A stretch of DNA of 64,000 nt from Camelus dromedarius (GCF_036321535.1 NC_087447.1:36024001-36088000); one strand, 5' to 3'. Shown: positions 1 to 13,259, counted from the first letter of the stretch. Translations and numbers: made by a program. Notes: generated from the letters alone by a model not told the origin.

Positions 1-1424
1 TGACATAAGGTATATAGACCTTGGAAAATTCATTCTGACAAGTGTAGAAGCAACAGGATATTTATCCCATCATTTTAACCCAAGAACATTCTTTCTGATC
101 CTGCTACTCTGACTTCAGAGCATTTTGCCTGCATTATGTATTTGAGAGCTTTGCAGTCTATGCATTAGTCAGGGAATTAAACGGGATCAATGGAATTTAA
201 TTCACAAGATACTTTCCCCCCAAGTTCACAAATATTGGCATCATTTTTATTATATGTTCATTGTCAAATGTTCTTTTTGTCAAACACCCATGGGTCAGAT
301 TTAGAACAAATCTCATTATCCCCAAGTGGTGTAAACCATTATGTTTCCAGATAAGCTATTCCATAGTGTCACCAGCTATTTGTCCTTGGAGCATCCTATT
401 TTCCTTACTGACTGCATGCCTTGGCACAGACTGCTTCTTTTCTTGAAATGTCTTTTTCTCTCACTGAACTCCTAGTCATACTTTAAGGAATAGTGGAGAA
501 ATCACTTTCCATAATGACACCCTCCTAACATTAAGGAAAAAATTGCTCCATTAGCTCTCATAGAATTTTGAACATACTTTTATTAAAGAACTTATACCTT
601 TATTATAGAACTGCAGTAGTTTTTTTTTTTTCAATTTATTAATCTCCTTGGGTAGAATTAAAGATTGTGAGTTATTTAAAGGCAGTATTTTCGTGTCTCC
701 AGGGCTTGGCAATCTAAAGATATTTAATAAATATATGTTGAGTGAGAGGTCATAAGCAGGTATAGAAGTCTACTAGGTCAAAAGGTTAGGGGTGGGGCCA
801 TGATGGGACATGCTAACATGTAATAAAAAGTTACCATGACGGGATGACACAGAATATGATGTCATGAGAAAAATCTATGAAAACTTATCTCATGACAGTA
901 GTCTGGAAGTGTTGACTACAACAGGAAGAGGAGCTGGACCCTGCATTTAGGCCACTAGGGTAGGGTGATGCAAGCCTCTCTGGAATCCTCCCAAGCCCAG
1001 AGAAGCATTAACACCTTCCACAGTGCCTGGCAGGCCTGCAATAATTACTTGTTGAATAAGTTGATGAGGGAATGAGTCTGGAAATGAGCTAAATATTCTG
1101 GGCTCTGGGTCATCATAAACCAGACTTTGGTTCTAAACGGGGTTAGTCAGGAGTGGTTTGGTTTCTGTCAAGCTGGCCTGGCACGTAACTATATTTTGAG
1201 TTGGGCTGATCTTTTAGCTAAGGACATGGTTGTCTAACTGTGTCAACACAACTCTGGGTACCACACTGTACTGAGATGGTACTGAATGGGATTCTGACTG
1301 GATTGTAAATTGATTTCTGAACTGATTTAGGATTGGTCAGCAGGTCTAATCTTGGCTATGGGTTCCAGTCAGCATGGCATTTTCCTTGGCAATGGAATTA
1401 GCCCTTAACTGAAATCATGAACTA

Positions 1425-1800
1425 AGTAACAGGTGTAACGTGATATCTCATTGTGGTTTTGATTTGCATTTCTCTGATGATTAATTATGTTGAGCACCTT
1501 TTCATGTACCTGTTAGTCATTTGTATGTTTCCTTTGGAAAAATATCTATTGAGACCCTTTGCCTATTTTTAAATTGGGTTATTTGATGTTTTGCTGTTGA
1601 GTTTGATGAGTTCCTTATCTATTTGCAATGTTAACCCTTTATCAAGCATATGATTCACAAATATTTTCTCCCATTCCATAGGTTGCCTTTTCATTTGTTA
1701 ATGTCTTCCTTTCCTGTACAGAAGTTTTTTAGTTTGATGCAGTCCCACTTGTTTATTTTTGTGTTTATTGCCTTTGCATTTGGTGTTAAATCCAAAAAAT
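1425..1800 (-). mobile_element. L1 ORF2-end fragment
   Basis: tgatatctcattgtggttttgatttgcatttctctgatg... is the classic antisense L1 sequence. Confidence 0.85.
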
Positions 1801-2064
1801 CTATAAGCAAATATCAAACTCTAGTTGGTTTGGTTTTTTGCCATGGAACAAGTTAGTTATTCTGAAACAACTTTTCGTGTATTCTGAAATAGGGAAAATT
1901 AGTAAACATATGAGGATAATTTCTAGATTTCTCACTGTCAGAGAAGAGTTCAAATATGGAAAGGAAGAAGGCTAGAATGAACCCTATGGTAATAAAATGA
2001 AATTGGGGAAATCAGTATAAACTCATGGTTTTATGTAAATAGATAGATGGTGGTCAATTGATAG

Positions 2065-3045
2065 TTCATTTCCTAGGTCCTCTGGAAAGCAGACATCAAG
2101 ACAGAATTAAACATGCAAGGAATTTATTAAAGGAAATGTCTTTTCAAGATAAAGTGGTTAGGAGCCAGAGAAGACTGGGAGATCTGAGTCAAGGAGGGAA
2201 GGAAGGAAGGAAGGAAGGAAGGAAAGAAGGAAGGAAGGAGGGAAGAAAGGAAGGAAGGAAGGAAGGAAGGAAGGAAGGAAGGAAGGAAGGAAGGAAGGAA
2301 AGAAGGAAAGAAATTAATTAGTTAGGGTGGAATGCTTGGACTGCCATGCAGTTACAAGAAAAGTTTGCCGGGACATCAGGTAATCTTCCAGCTGGTCTCC
2401 ACAAGAAGAGCCACAAGTCTCCCAGGAAGGGGCCTACTTTCGCATCCTTGCTGTGCTAGGTCCCTGCTAGGGAAGCATGGCCTTGGCACAAACATAAGAA
2501 TGAATTTCCAAGCACAGCAGCTGAGGCCTACAGCTATTTATGCTCCCTGTAGTTAGAGACCCAAGAGGCACTTTCTCATAGCTGCCATAGCCCACCCATT
2601 GTACCATGTAGATCTACTTCTCCATGCAGGTTCAGGGAGCACCTCCTCCATCTGCCCACGGGCCTCTCTCCTTGAGGGGGAACTTTCTTCCCAAGGGAGG
2701 TGTGTTGGAAGAACTACAGCATCCACTGCTGCATTTACTCTCAAGGCCTCAACTGGTCCTCATCCTCTCCTTCCTCCGCTATGCATTCTAAATTCCCCTC
2801 ACCCTCAGCTACCACCTCAGCAGGTCTGAATGGCTTACCCGATAGTGCAACTGAAACTTTTATCTCTGAGGGGTCTGAATCTATTGACAGTCCATACCCT
2901 TCTCAGTCCAGGTTTGCCACGTGTAACCATTCATAGTTAGGATGGAGCAAAAGAATTCCAGGAGGTACCCAAGTGGATGAAAGAGGCCTGATGTACTCAA
3001 CTTGCCACTAAGTAGCTGACTGGTCTCTTGGAGGAATAATGTCAT
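2065..3045 (-). mobile_element. ERVL-class LTR plus internal fragment, interrupted by a GGAA microsatellite
   Basis: The stretch gaaagcagacatcaagacagaatt...gaatttatt resembles LTR16/LTR33-type ends. It is followed by decayed ERVL-internal-like sequence. Confidence 0.5.
2191..2312 (+). repeat. (GGAA)n microsatellite
   Basis: About 120 bp of near-perfect GGAA units. Confidence 0.98.
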
Positions 3046-3138
3046 AAAAGCAAGCCCTTTAAGACAGAGTGAACTTCACTAAAATGTTAACCAATTTCAT
3101 AGCTTCTTTCCAAACTCAGGTGGTATAAACCAAAGCAC

Positions 3139-3292
3139 TATGGTCTAAATGTTTGTATCACCCCCTCCAAATTAATATGTTAAAATCCTAACCCCCAAAG
3201 GTGATAATATTAAGAGATGTGACCTTTGGAAGATGCTTAGATCATGAGGGTGGAGCCTTCATGAGTGGGATGAGTGCCTTATAAGAGACTCC
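3139..3292 (+). mobile_element. MaLR LTR (MLT1A-like) 5' fragment
   Basis: tatggtctaaatgtttgt...gatcatgagggtggagccttcatgagtgggat matches the MLT1/MST LTR start. Confidence 0.75.
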
Positions 3293-3479
3293 ACTATTGC
3301 AATCCTAGAGCTATAACTGATAAAGCAGCATCAGTCACTCATACTAGCTGCTATAGGGAGCTCTTTGGTCTGATACAGTCTGATATGTAATAATCTCTAA
3401 TACATACTGTCAGATGAAAAAAAATAAGCAGAACAGTATATATGGTATATTCCTACTTGTGAGTACACACATACAGATG

Positions 3480-3900
3480 ATCCATCCAACACCTTAGTTT
3501 CTCAGTTGCTTAATTCCTTGAATTATAATTATCTTGTGTGCACATTGGCTAGAGAAAAATATGCAATCATGCTAACTGACCTGATTTTAAATTTCTGACC
3601 ACAGTCCTCAAGTGGGCCCTCTGTCCTCCCCGTCAACCCTACTAATTTCCCTAGACAGTTCACTCTCTTACTTCCCTAACATGTCATTTAACTCTTCCTC
3701 TTTCTCTCCCACTCCCACTCCCAGCTGATGACATTGCTTTTTATTTCACTGAGAAAACTGAAGGAACCAAAGAGAACTTCCATATTCTCTCACCAAAAAA
3801 ATCTGCTAGATGACCTACATCTCTATCGACCTATATGCTCCATCGCAGCTCCCATCTAAGGCCAACTCTTCTATTTATGTGGTTTTCACTCCCTCTCACT
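3480..3900 (+). mobile_element. L2 fragment
   Basis: cagctgatgacattgctttttatttcactgagaaaa is an L2-like motif in a pyrimidine-rich stretch. Confidence 0.6.
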
Positions 3901-5299
3901 TAACTGGTTAGACTTCAGAGCATTAAATGCAATTTGAGATCCAGTAAATTCAAGCAACTGAGAATTATAAGAAAGCACATACTACAGATTAAAGAAGCTA
4001 TGAGTTGACTCCCAAGTATAAGGCAAGAATTTTCACAAGATCAAGAGGGCTAAGAATCAGGAGGTCTATTGGAGGAGTGTTGGAAGTTTTAGTAATGGCT
4101 ATGCCACCAGCTGTATGAACTTGGAGGGATGCTGGGAGGCCACAAATAAAAATAGCAAAACTACCTTTTGACCCTTGGATCCCTTCTGTAACGTACTCTC
4201 TGAATTAGTCAGGGCACTCACTTATAAGCAATAAAAATCAACCAAGCTAAGTGGAAAAGAAGTTTATTAAAAGGATATTGGTGGTTCATAGAATCTCTAG
4301 GAGGGCAAGGAAACCAAGATTGGTTTCCTGCAGCCAGGAACCGAGCCCAAAAGCACACACAGCCTTGAGCTGACCTAGTGAAGACACCACAGCTACTACT
4401 AGGCCCAAACACTACAGCCTGTGTCATGGATCCCTCAACATGACACTGAATGCCTGCCGCTAGGTCCACTGCCCCCACTCCCTCTGGGAACTGGACGGAG
4501 CTGTTATCACTGCAGCCACCTAACTAGAAGAGAGTCCACATGGCCCCTGCCTCCTTACATCTCTAGTGTATACCCAGTATTTTCTTCCGAAGAAGCTGCC
4601 TCACCCAGCCCTCTACTGAGGGAAGGTATGGGAGCCAAGCTTTTGCATAAACAGAGGTGGCAATTGATTGGACAAGGCATGGAACCTGATTCAAGAACCA
4701 TAAGCCCACAGACTGGCCTGTGACCTATGAGATTGCTCTGTGGTCAAAGCTCTGACCAATGGGCATAATGAAATTAAGTCGGTGTGGCTCTCTGCTTCTG
4801 AAATCTGAAATTTGAGACAATATTGAAAGATTCATTGGATGGCAGGAGGAGGGGATACGAGGAGACACACAAAGAGAAACAGAGATAAGAGAGACGAAAA
4901 AGTCCCATTAATAATGGGGTGATAAATATCAAGGAATGATAAAAAATAACCTGAGTCCCCAGCTAGCCTTGCTTTTTGAAGGATAGCCAACCTAAGATTT
5001 CTGTAAAATTCTTTTTCCCTTAGTGCTACACATATCCTGCTTGGGTGATGACTATAAAAATTATTAATGTATTAGTGTCAAAACCTTCCCCTTTCTCTTG
5101 CCCTCTAAGGAGAGTATGGTTTTTCCCAGCTTGGTTTTCAGGCTGATATAGTAAGCATTCATTAGATGGTGGTTGTAGTGAATTGAATTATGTCTACTTA
5201 AACTCTCTCACTTTATAGCAGCTTGTTCTTGTATAGGGTTCTTGTACCCTCTGTGAGCATTAATTTCCTGATCTGTAAAATAGGATGTTTAAGGAAATG

Positions 5300-5990
5300 A
5301 CAATTGCTGACCTTTATTGAGAGATTACTCTGTTCTAAGTTCTGTATTTTACCTCTGTTGTCCTATGTAATTCTTCCAACAACCTAAGAGATAGTATTGT
5401 TATTCTCATTCTACATATGAGAAATTTGAAGCACAAGTCGGTTAGGCATCTTGCTGAAGAGTTAGAGCTGGGATTCTGCCAAATAAAGAATGTTGCTTTC
5501 CTTCTGGTTCTGCAAGAATTAAGTCACTAATTGCTGCAATCCCTGACTTTTAACCCACCCTGAAAGGAATTCAGGGCTGAGATCAGGAAGGAGGCACCTT
5601 GTACTCTGGGAAAACTGGCAGAACACATCTTCAGATAGATACTTTCAGGAGAAAGTTTTATGAACCCAACTTCTTACATCTTCCCATTCTTAGAAAAGCA
5701 CTAAAACCATTAACTAAGACATCTGTTCCTAGTGACTAGCAGGAACCTTCCACTGAGACATGTACTTGATTGCTTGTACCCCTTTCCAAAATCACATATA
5801 TGCTGACCTCCCTCCTACCTCTTCAGAGCAGTGCCTCAGAGCTATCTGAGAGGCTGTCTTCTGAGCTGTAGTCCTCAGTAAGTCCCCAAATAAAACTGAA
5901 ACTCACAGCTCTCGTGTGCATTTTTATTTCAGCCGGCAATTCAAAGCCAGGCAGCCAGTCTCCAAGGCCTACCTACCATAACACTTGACT
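5300..5990 (-). mobile_element. MIR, split by the LTR at 5477-5938
   Basis: ttattctcattctacatatgagaaatttgaagcac...gagctgggattc|aaagccaggcag is the MIR core, continuous across the insertion. Confidence 0.75.
5477..5938 (+). mobile_element. ERV1-type solo LTR (462 bp)
   Basis: TGCC...GGCA inverted termini, 4-bp TSD ATTC (5473-5476 and 5939-5942), AATAAA at 5889-5894. Confidence 0.9.
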
Positions 5991-6235
5991 CTCTCTTGTG
6001 GTGCCTAAACCAACTCCAGCACCATGCCCACTGCAGTTACCACTGCCCTCAGAGAGGATTTTCTGTGGCTTCTCCCTCGTTTTGCATTTGCTCCGGATTC
6101 AAACTGCTTAGTTCATATGAATGGCTGAGCCTGAGCATTGGAAAATGAGTATTTGCCATTATTCGTTTTTAGAGTAGGAAGTGGCTCTGCCTCTATCAGG
6201 TCTCACCAGTACTCCCCTTACATAAGAAGTGGGTT

Positions 6236-6769
6236 TGATACAGGAAAATGGGGCACAAGAGGATAGCTGTGTTCCAGGACCCAGGCAAGTCCCTGGGACT
6301 CTCCCCGCCAAGAGAGTGTCCTTGGCTTCATGCAGGGAAGAAGTGAAGAGCGAGCCACAGTTGAGTAACATTAGATTTATTTAGAGAGATGTACACTCCA
6401 TAGACAGCATGCATGCTGTCTCAGAAGGCAAGAGAGAGCGACCATGAGATGCAGTGTTGCTAGCTTTTATGTGCTAACAAGTAAGAGGATTATTCCAACT
6501 ACTTTGGGGAGGGAGCAGGGATTCCCAGGAATTGGGTCATTGCCCTTTCTTTGACCTTTCATGGTTAGCTTCGGAACTGTCATGGCACTTGCAGGTGTGT
6601 CATTCGCCTTGCTAATACATCACAATGTGTGTAATGAAGCTCAAGGTCTACTGGAAGTTGAATCTCCTTCTATCTTGGGCTTCCAGGTCTATTGAGAGTT
6701 GACATCTTGGTGCTAATTGCCATATCATTCCTTCAGTGGCTGTGTCCTGCCCCCTTCCTTCCTGACTCA
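6236..6769 (-). mobile_element. ERV1-type solo LTR (534 bp), inserted in an older MaLR-like element
   Basis: TG...CA termini, 4-bp TSD GGTT (6232-6235 and 6770-6773), minus-strand AATAAA at 6376-6381. Confidence 0.85.
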
Positions 6770-6859
6770 GGTTCAGAAGCCAAGCAGCCGAAAGGACAAA
6801 TGTCCACTCTCATCACTTGCTTTGTAGTCCTTCCTTAAGAAGAAAGCAAAGCATGGACT

Positions 6860-7055
6860 TAGAAGACTACCTGGGTTTTGTCACTTACTAGCTGTGTGAC
6901 TTTGGGCAAGTTACTTATCTTCTCTGTGCTTCAGTTTCCTCATTTGTAAAATGAGGATAACAATAGCACTATCTCATAGAGTTGTTATGAGGATTAAATG
7001 ACCTAATATTTACTTGGGAAGTACTTGTAACAGTGCCTAGCACATATTAAGTGTT
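6860..7055 (+). mobile_element. MIR
   Basis: cacttactagctgtgtgactttgggcaagttactt...cagtttcctcatttgtaaaatgaggataa is the MIR consensus. Confidence 0.92.
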
Positions 7056-9329
7056 ATGTAAATATTACACAAAGATACATGAATAACTTCGCTATCTAGT
7101 TTATCCATTTCAAGTAATATGTTCAGGTACACTAATGCTAAGTATATAATAATATAAAACTTTCTCAAAGGAGAAAGAGTGGGGAGGGACAGGGTATATC
7201 TACAAAAAATGGATGGGGTATATTTTTTCTCACCACCAACCCCTTCTATATTCTCTGATTGTGAAGAATGTCCATTGAGGACACCTGACACCCCTACTCA
7301 CGTATCTGTACAGAAGACAGACTCATGTTCGGTTCCATTGTCAGATCTCCTTCCATAGCCTGCTTTGTCCTCCTGAGAGTACCCTTCCTTTCAGTTCCCC
7401 TCCCTAATGCTTCAGACCTGCTCCTTTGCCCGAGCCCTGCCCCTATGACCCTGAACTAGTGGGAGGATCTCCTAGAGACAGAATATCCGCCTTGCTAACC
7501 ACACAGATGGGTCAGACATGGCCTCTGCCCTTAAGTCACTCACAGACGAGAGGATCAGTACTGTGTAAAGTTGAAACTAGCAATTTGTATGTGAGAACTT
7601 GACCTGCTTTCATGTGGTTCTCTAGCATAATTTATATCTACATCTCTGACCATAATCAGTCAGTTGTGACTTACATTAAGCCACCCGAAAAATAACCACT
7701 TCCTTAGAGGGAATTATGTTAGACCAACATCTTCTGTGGCTTTGTTCCTGGTGCATTTTCATTTTAATAGCTGGGAAGTTCATCTCTGAAAAGAATTTTA
7801 AGTTGACATTGTAGAAAGTGTCCTCAGCTGGAAATCAGGCATCTTGGAATTCATTGCTAGCTCTGCTCCTCTGGCACTGGGGGTGAGCTGCTTCACCTCT
7901 CTGGGTCTCTTCTTACTAAAACATTGAGTGGTTAAGGGAAATGGTAAATGCTTTTTGATGCTCTCACAATCAAAAGTAAGCCTCTACTGAATCAATGGAA
8001 CATTGGGACTGGACACCAACGAGTCTAATCCCTTATTTTACAGAGGATAAAATGAGGCTAATAGTGATAAAAGTAGCTTAACAAAGTCAGACATCTAGCT
8101 GAGATCAAAGTCAGGACTGTGTGATAAAGAACTGTGCTCAGTTGTTTGCTAGACCCCAAGCCATTATGTGCCTATTGGTTATTATGTAGCAGCTAACAAT
8201 ATTGTGCTTGGCTTAATACACAGTTTTCATCCTCTATCTAGATAGTTCCCTTTGAAGGAAATAAAATCCTTGCATTTGCTGTGATGTACTTTGAGGGGTA
8301 ACAAGCTTTTATCTTATGTTGTTGATTATAATAATTAAAACTTTGAATAGCTTTAAACATTATTTGTGGGATACGAAAAAATTAGATAAAAGTTTCTGGA
8401 AGATGAAAAATTTCTAATTTCATAATTCAACAAGATGCTTAGCATGCAGGAAAAAAAGGGGATATTAAAGTGCCTTTATTTGGACTTAAGAATTATAACA
8501 GGATTTCCTTTGTGAGAGAAAAACCATAGGGACAAGTTTTTAAGACTTGAAGTTTTTTTAATAATCAACAGAATGGTAATTAATTTTCCTCTGACATGTT
8601 GCACTTTATTCTTGTATAACACCATTCATCAAAAGGTTATAGATGAGTTTTGATCTTGTCTATTCTTAAGTTTTATATAACCCATTTATTTAACTCAGTT
8701 TTCAGATGAGCAAATCAAAAATTTCGGAAATAGGATATCCTCAAATGCCCTGCAATGCCTGTTCCTTACTTAAGCAAACTCAAGTCTGAATATGGCTTGA
8801 TTCAAATTTAGTTACAGGAGTGATGATCCCATCATGCAAGCTGCAAGTTCAGGGTTTGCCAGATAAGCTGAGGTCTCCTAGCTCCACAGCAATCACCTAC
8901 CATCACCTCTTCACCACCGTCTCGTGCTCTTTCCCCACTTAGCCAGCTAATTTTGCTTCAGCTTCCCCTAACTTGCCTCTGACCCATGTTCAACCACCTC
9001 TCTCTCAGCTTCAGTCTGCCTCAGACAGGGTACCTGCCCAAAGCAGCCATTGAGCCAGTGCCCTTGCTGGACCTGCCCTGGATGAGAGAGAGGGAGATGT
9101 AGACACCCACTATTGCCCCATGCTGACCTCTGTCTAAGTATGAAGAACAAAATAAAGGAAGCAGATCAAAGGTTTGCTCTAGTCCCTAGATATTGAGTGT
9201 TTGTGCAAGCAAGCATTAGATTCTGAATGGGAAATTTATGAAAACCAAAAGAAAGAGGGATGATAAAAACTATTGATGAATCCTTGTTGAAAGTAGAGGT
9301 GTAACTGGAAGTGGGGGTGTGTTGTCTGC

Positions 9330-9475
9330 GGTTTTGTTACTCACAGTGTGATCCAGGGATCATCAGAGTCAGCATCACCTGGAAGCATCTCGGGCCCCAC
9401 CCAAGACCTATGGAATCTGAATCTGCATAAGATGTCTAGGTGATTTGTGTGCACACTGTCTAAGATAAGTCTGGC
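9330..9475. mobile_element. MER5A-like hAT-Charlie MITE
   Basis: agcatcacctggaagc...gggccccacccaagacctatggaatctgaatctgcat. Confidence 0.75.
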
Positions 9476-9859
9476 TCAATCTGCCTTTTTCTATGAAAGG
9501 CCTCAGAGTGACCAGGGCCTGAGAGACCAGGGCCCCCCAAAACGCACCAGAGCCAAATGCTAATCCAGTCATCCAGAGAGACTCATTGCCACAGGATTTA
9601 CGTGCTTGAAGGCTGAATACTTGCTCATTTCTCCCTATTGGCAAACTGAACCCAGGAGGCTAGATCCTCAGCAGGTTAACAGGAGAGTGTGGGATGTTTA
9701 CTCTTCCTCCTAAATCATCCAGTGTTTCTCAGAATACATTATTGCCAGCCTTGGAACCCTTCAGTCTCCTTCTTCCACTTCTGAAAAGCAATTTTACTTG
9801 CCTCATTTTCTCAAGCTTGGAGGACATCTCCTGGTAACTCTCAAATAATCTTGATAATC

Positions 9860-10040
9860 ATGTCCATCACATGACCTCATTTAATCCTCCTAACAACACT
9901 GTGTATGAATATTATTATCCCCATTTTACAAATGCAGAAATTGAGGCTCAGAGGTGTTTAGTAACATATTCAAGGTCATGCATCAAGTAGTAGGGGATCA
10001 GAATTCTTGCTGGCTCCAAAGCCTGTGATTTTAGCACCTG
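9860..10040 (-). mobile_element. MIR
   Basis: attattatccccattttacaaatgcagaaattgaggctcagag. Confidence 0.85.
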
Positions 10041-10824
10041 TAACATACACACCACTTCTTCGGCCTTTTCCTCAGGCATGCTCCAAAGCTGCTTTGCAAG
10101 CTGTTATGTTGATACGTTTTCCTGCTCCTTCATGTGGTTCATATGTTGTGTGACATAGGAACGTGCAACATAGCCTCACAACAACTTCACTGTTATGATT
10201 ACTATCATTTTCATCATTATCAATTGACATTTGTTGAAAGCTTTCATGGTACTGGACACTGTAATGTTAATTCCCTACCTGTAGTTTCTGCCTGTATACT
10301 CTTCCTTTTAAATAATCACATTACTAGGAATATTTTCATTTGAAAGTGTGACAAACTGCAAGCAGGTGCTGACACATGTGTTTTAGTGCTGGAAGCTGGA
10401 GAAAAAAGCATTTGCTCACTTATTCACTATGTACAAATCTAAACAATTGATGTCCCACTTTCACACTTCATGCTTGATGGCTTCTAAGATCAAAATAAAT
10501 CCTTTCAACCAGAGGAAAAATAAATTCAAAGGAAGTTAATCTGTGGTCTATTACTGCTCAATGTTGAATGCCTGTGCTTTCATTCTATTCTTATTTCTTT
10601 TTAAATTTTAAAATGCTACGATTTACTATTGAAATTTAGAGTTTTACTGCTTAACCTTTAGATCGTGGATATTTATATCAGTCGGTAAGTGGCCATGTAA
10701 AGAAGGTCAGTCTTATATCTGAATTTTGGTTAGTATACTTACCAGCTGGGTCCCTTTGGGAATGTTACTTCACTTCACTGAGCCTCAGTTAATCTACTTA
10801 TTGAAAGAGATAATAAACTCTTAA

Positions 10825-11045
10825 AAGAATTCTTATCTTTTAGAGATACATACTGAGTAAAATGATATAATGGCTGGGATTTGCTTCAAAATAATCCAAA
10901 TACAGGGGGAATGTGGGCAGGTATATAGTTGAAACAAAACTGGTCTTATGTTGATAATTGTTGAAGCTGAGTGGTGGGTACCCAGGGACTCATTATACTA
11001 TTCTCTCTACTTTTGTATATGTTTGAAATTTTTCAATTAAAAGAA
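10825..11045 (+). mobile_element. old L1 3' end fragment nested in a MIR (MIR ~10700-11130)
   Basis: ttgataattgttgaagctgagtggtggg...cattatactattctctctacttttgtatatgtttgaaattttt is an L1M 3'UTR terminus. Confidence 0.7.
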
Positions 11046-11247
11046 TGAGAAGACCTCATAGGAAGTTAATCTGTGGTCTATCACCGCTAATTTGTGAATA
11101 TTAGAAGATACATGTAAAAGTGCTTAAGTCTGGAATAATAGCGACCAGTTTTCAGCATTTCCTCTGTGCTGTATGCCATTCAGAACAATTTACATACGCT
11201 ATCTCCTTTAATTATCACAACAGTTGCGTGAATTAGTTATTGTTATT

Positions 11248-11379
11248 TTTTTACATACATATATATTTTCCTTTCAGATTCCCTTCCATTATATGTCACT
11301 ACAAGAAATTGAATATAGTTCCCTGTGCTATATAGTACGTCCTTGTTGTTTATCTATTACATATAGTAATATGTATCTG
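11248..11379 (-). mobile_element. young 5'-truncated L1 3' end inserted in a MIR (MIR ~11150-11520)
   Basis: ttgaatatagttccctgtgctatatagta is a cetartiodactyl-type L1 tail. It has a 14-bp TSD tag(t/g)tattgttatt at 11234-11247 and 11380-11393. Confidence 0.8.
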
Positions 11380-12614
11380 TAGGTATTGTTATTATCTGCA
11401 TTTTAGAGATAAGGAAAAGGACACACAGAGAATGTAAGCAATTCACCCAAGGTCACACAGCTAGTAAGTACCAAAATCAGGGTTCAAACCTTAGTTAGCC
11501 TCCAGAGCCCATGCTACATTGCCACTCAGCTGATAAGCATTTGAGTAACAGCAAATAATAGCTGCCATTTTTTTTGTGTTCCAAACATACTAGGCATCAT
11601 CCTAAATGTCTCCTCTACATTATCTCTTATTTGTTCATTTTTTTCTCTTACTCCTATGCCCACTGTTTAAACATATCTGTCCTAAAACACAAGGAAAAGG
11701 CTTATGATATAAAGTCACATAAAAAGAGCAGACTATGAAAATGAATATATACCATTATTTCAAATGTATAATGTTATACCTGTGGACAAATACTGGCAGA
11801 GGGAGAGAGCGAGAGAGAGTAAAAGAGATGTCCAAGAGTGTAACAGCTGTAAGAGGGTGGAGGTTAAAATCTGGGGTGGTTCTTTTTCATTCAGTTAATC
11901 ATTCTTTTTTTTTTTCTTTAAAATTATCTCAAATAGTATCTTGTTTTCTTCAACACAAAAGAAAAAAATCAAAAGAGGGTTTGAACTCATTGGGATATAA
12001 AATATGAAGTCCAAAATTAATCAAATAGTGTATCAGGATGAAAGTAAGATTATTTTTTAAGTGAGAAAAAAAGAAACTTTCAGGAAAGTAATCAAAGGGT
12101 AGTCACTTGAGATTTGAATGTGAAAAAAAAGAAAAGATAGTTCACTGTATTGCAGGAATCTTTCTTCTTAGCAAACTTGCTTGAGTCAGAACTATAAGCA
12201 GGCTGGAATAGTTGAGAGGCAGGAGATTCCCTGGGGAGCTCACTGAATGTTGCAGTGCTGAGGATATCAGCCCCAGCACTCCTGTGATCACTTCTGACAC
12301 ATTCTTCCACCAAAGCTGCCTGAGAAATCCAAGAAGGGAGATGGAAATCACGATGACCCAAGTTGTGGAAATAACAAGCCCTTTGAAATCTGTTAATCTA
12401 TCTGCATACTGCTGAGTTCAGTGACTTTAAGATGCATAGCCACCACTGCTGCTCCAAAGTCAGTTTTGAATAAACGAATTTGCTTCTGTTTCAGTCGCAT
12501 TTTCTCTAAATTAACAAACAGGCAAACTTGGAGCCGGGTTGACTGAACCCTCCGAACTCCTTTTAAATAAATTAGTGACATGTTTAGTATGCTCCCTAGA
12601 CAACGCATCAGCAA

Positions 12615-13018
12615 TGAATAGAGTGCTAGTTCATGGTTAACAACTGGGTCTCTGGCAGGGGGAGAGTGAAAAGCCCTGATTTGGAGCATTTGCAGGGATA
12701 AATACTCCTACCCTGGCCATTTTTGCCATGCCATTGAGTGCAGAACTGGGAAGAGATGTGCAGTTACTGTACACTGTTATACAGGATTTCCACCCTGCAG
12801 ATATAGTAGATATAGATAATAGTAAAATGTAACAGAATAAGGAAGTGATGCGTTTTGATCACTTTTTTTTGCCTTTGTTCTTGATGTAATTTTTTAACTG
12901 TAAGATTATATAAATTAACTTTTAATAACAGCATTGTTTAACAGCTGGCTCACAAAATCTCTGAAAGTTGAACAGTTGACTCTCTTGAGCTGTAACAAAC
13001 CAGTTCCAGCATAACACT
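12615..13018. mobile_element. MER63-like hAT-Blackjack element
   Basis: Both ends resemble the MER63 termini: ggttaacaactgggtctct...aaagccctgatttggagcatttgc and ccagttccagcataacact. Confidence 0.65.
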
Positions 13019-13259
13019 ATAAGCCAAAAGTTTGTTCTCTATCAGTTAAGTGACAGTAGTTAAGTAGTTATTGTTAGCAAAAATTATTGGTCTTAAAATT
13101 AGGAATTTGCAGAAGACAGTTTAATTACCAGATTCCTTTTCATTCAGAATTAGCTTCCCAGGTATAAATACAAAAATATGTGTTGATCTAAGACTCCAGT
13201 TTGGAGGGATTTGTGAGTAGAGAGATGGGTGACTTTAGAAAGAGGTAATTTCTGCTCAA

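Noticed and set aside
1080..1425. TGG/CTG-rich stretch suggesting a decayed tandem repeat
   Set aside because: I could not define a repeat unit or period by eye.
2058..2321. 87-aa ORF with (KEGR)n repeats
   Set aside because: It is simply the translation of the GGAA microsatellite.
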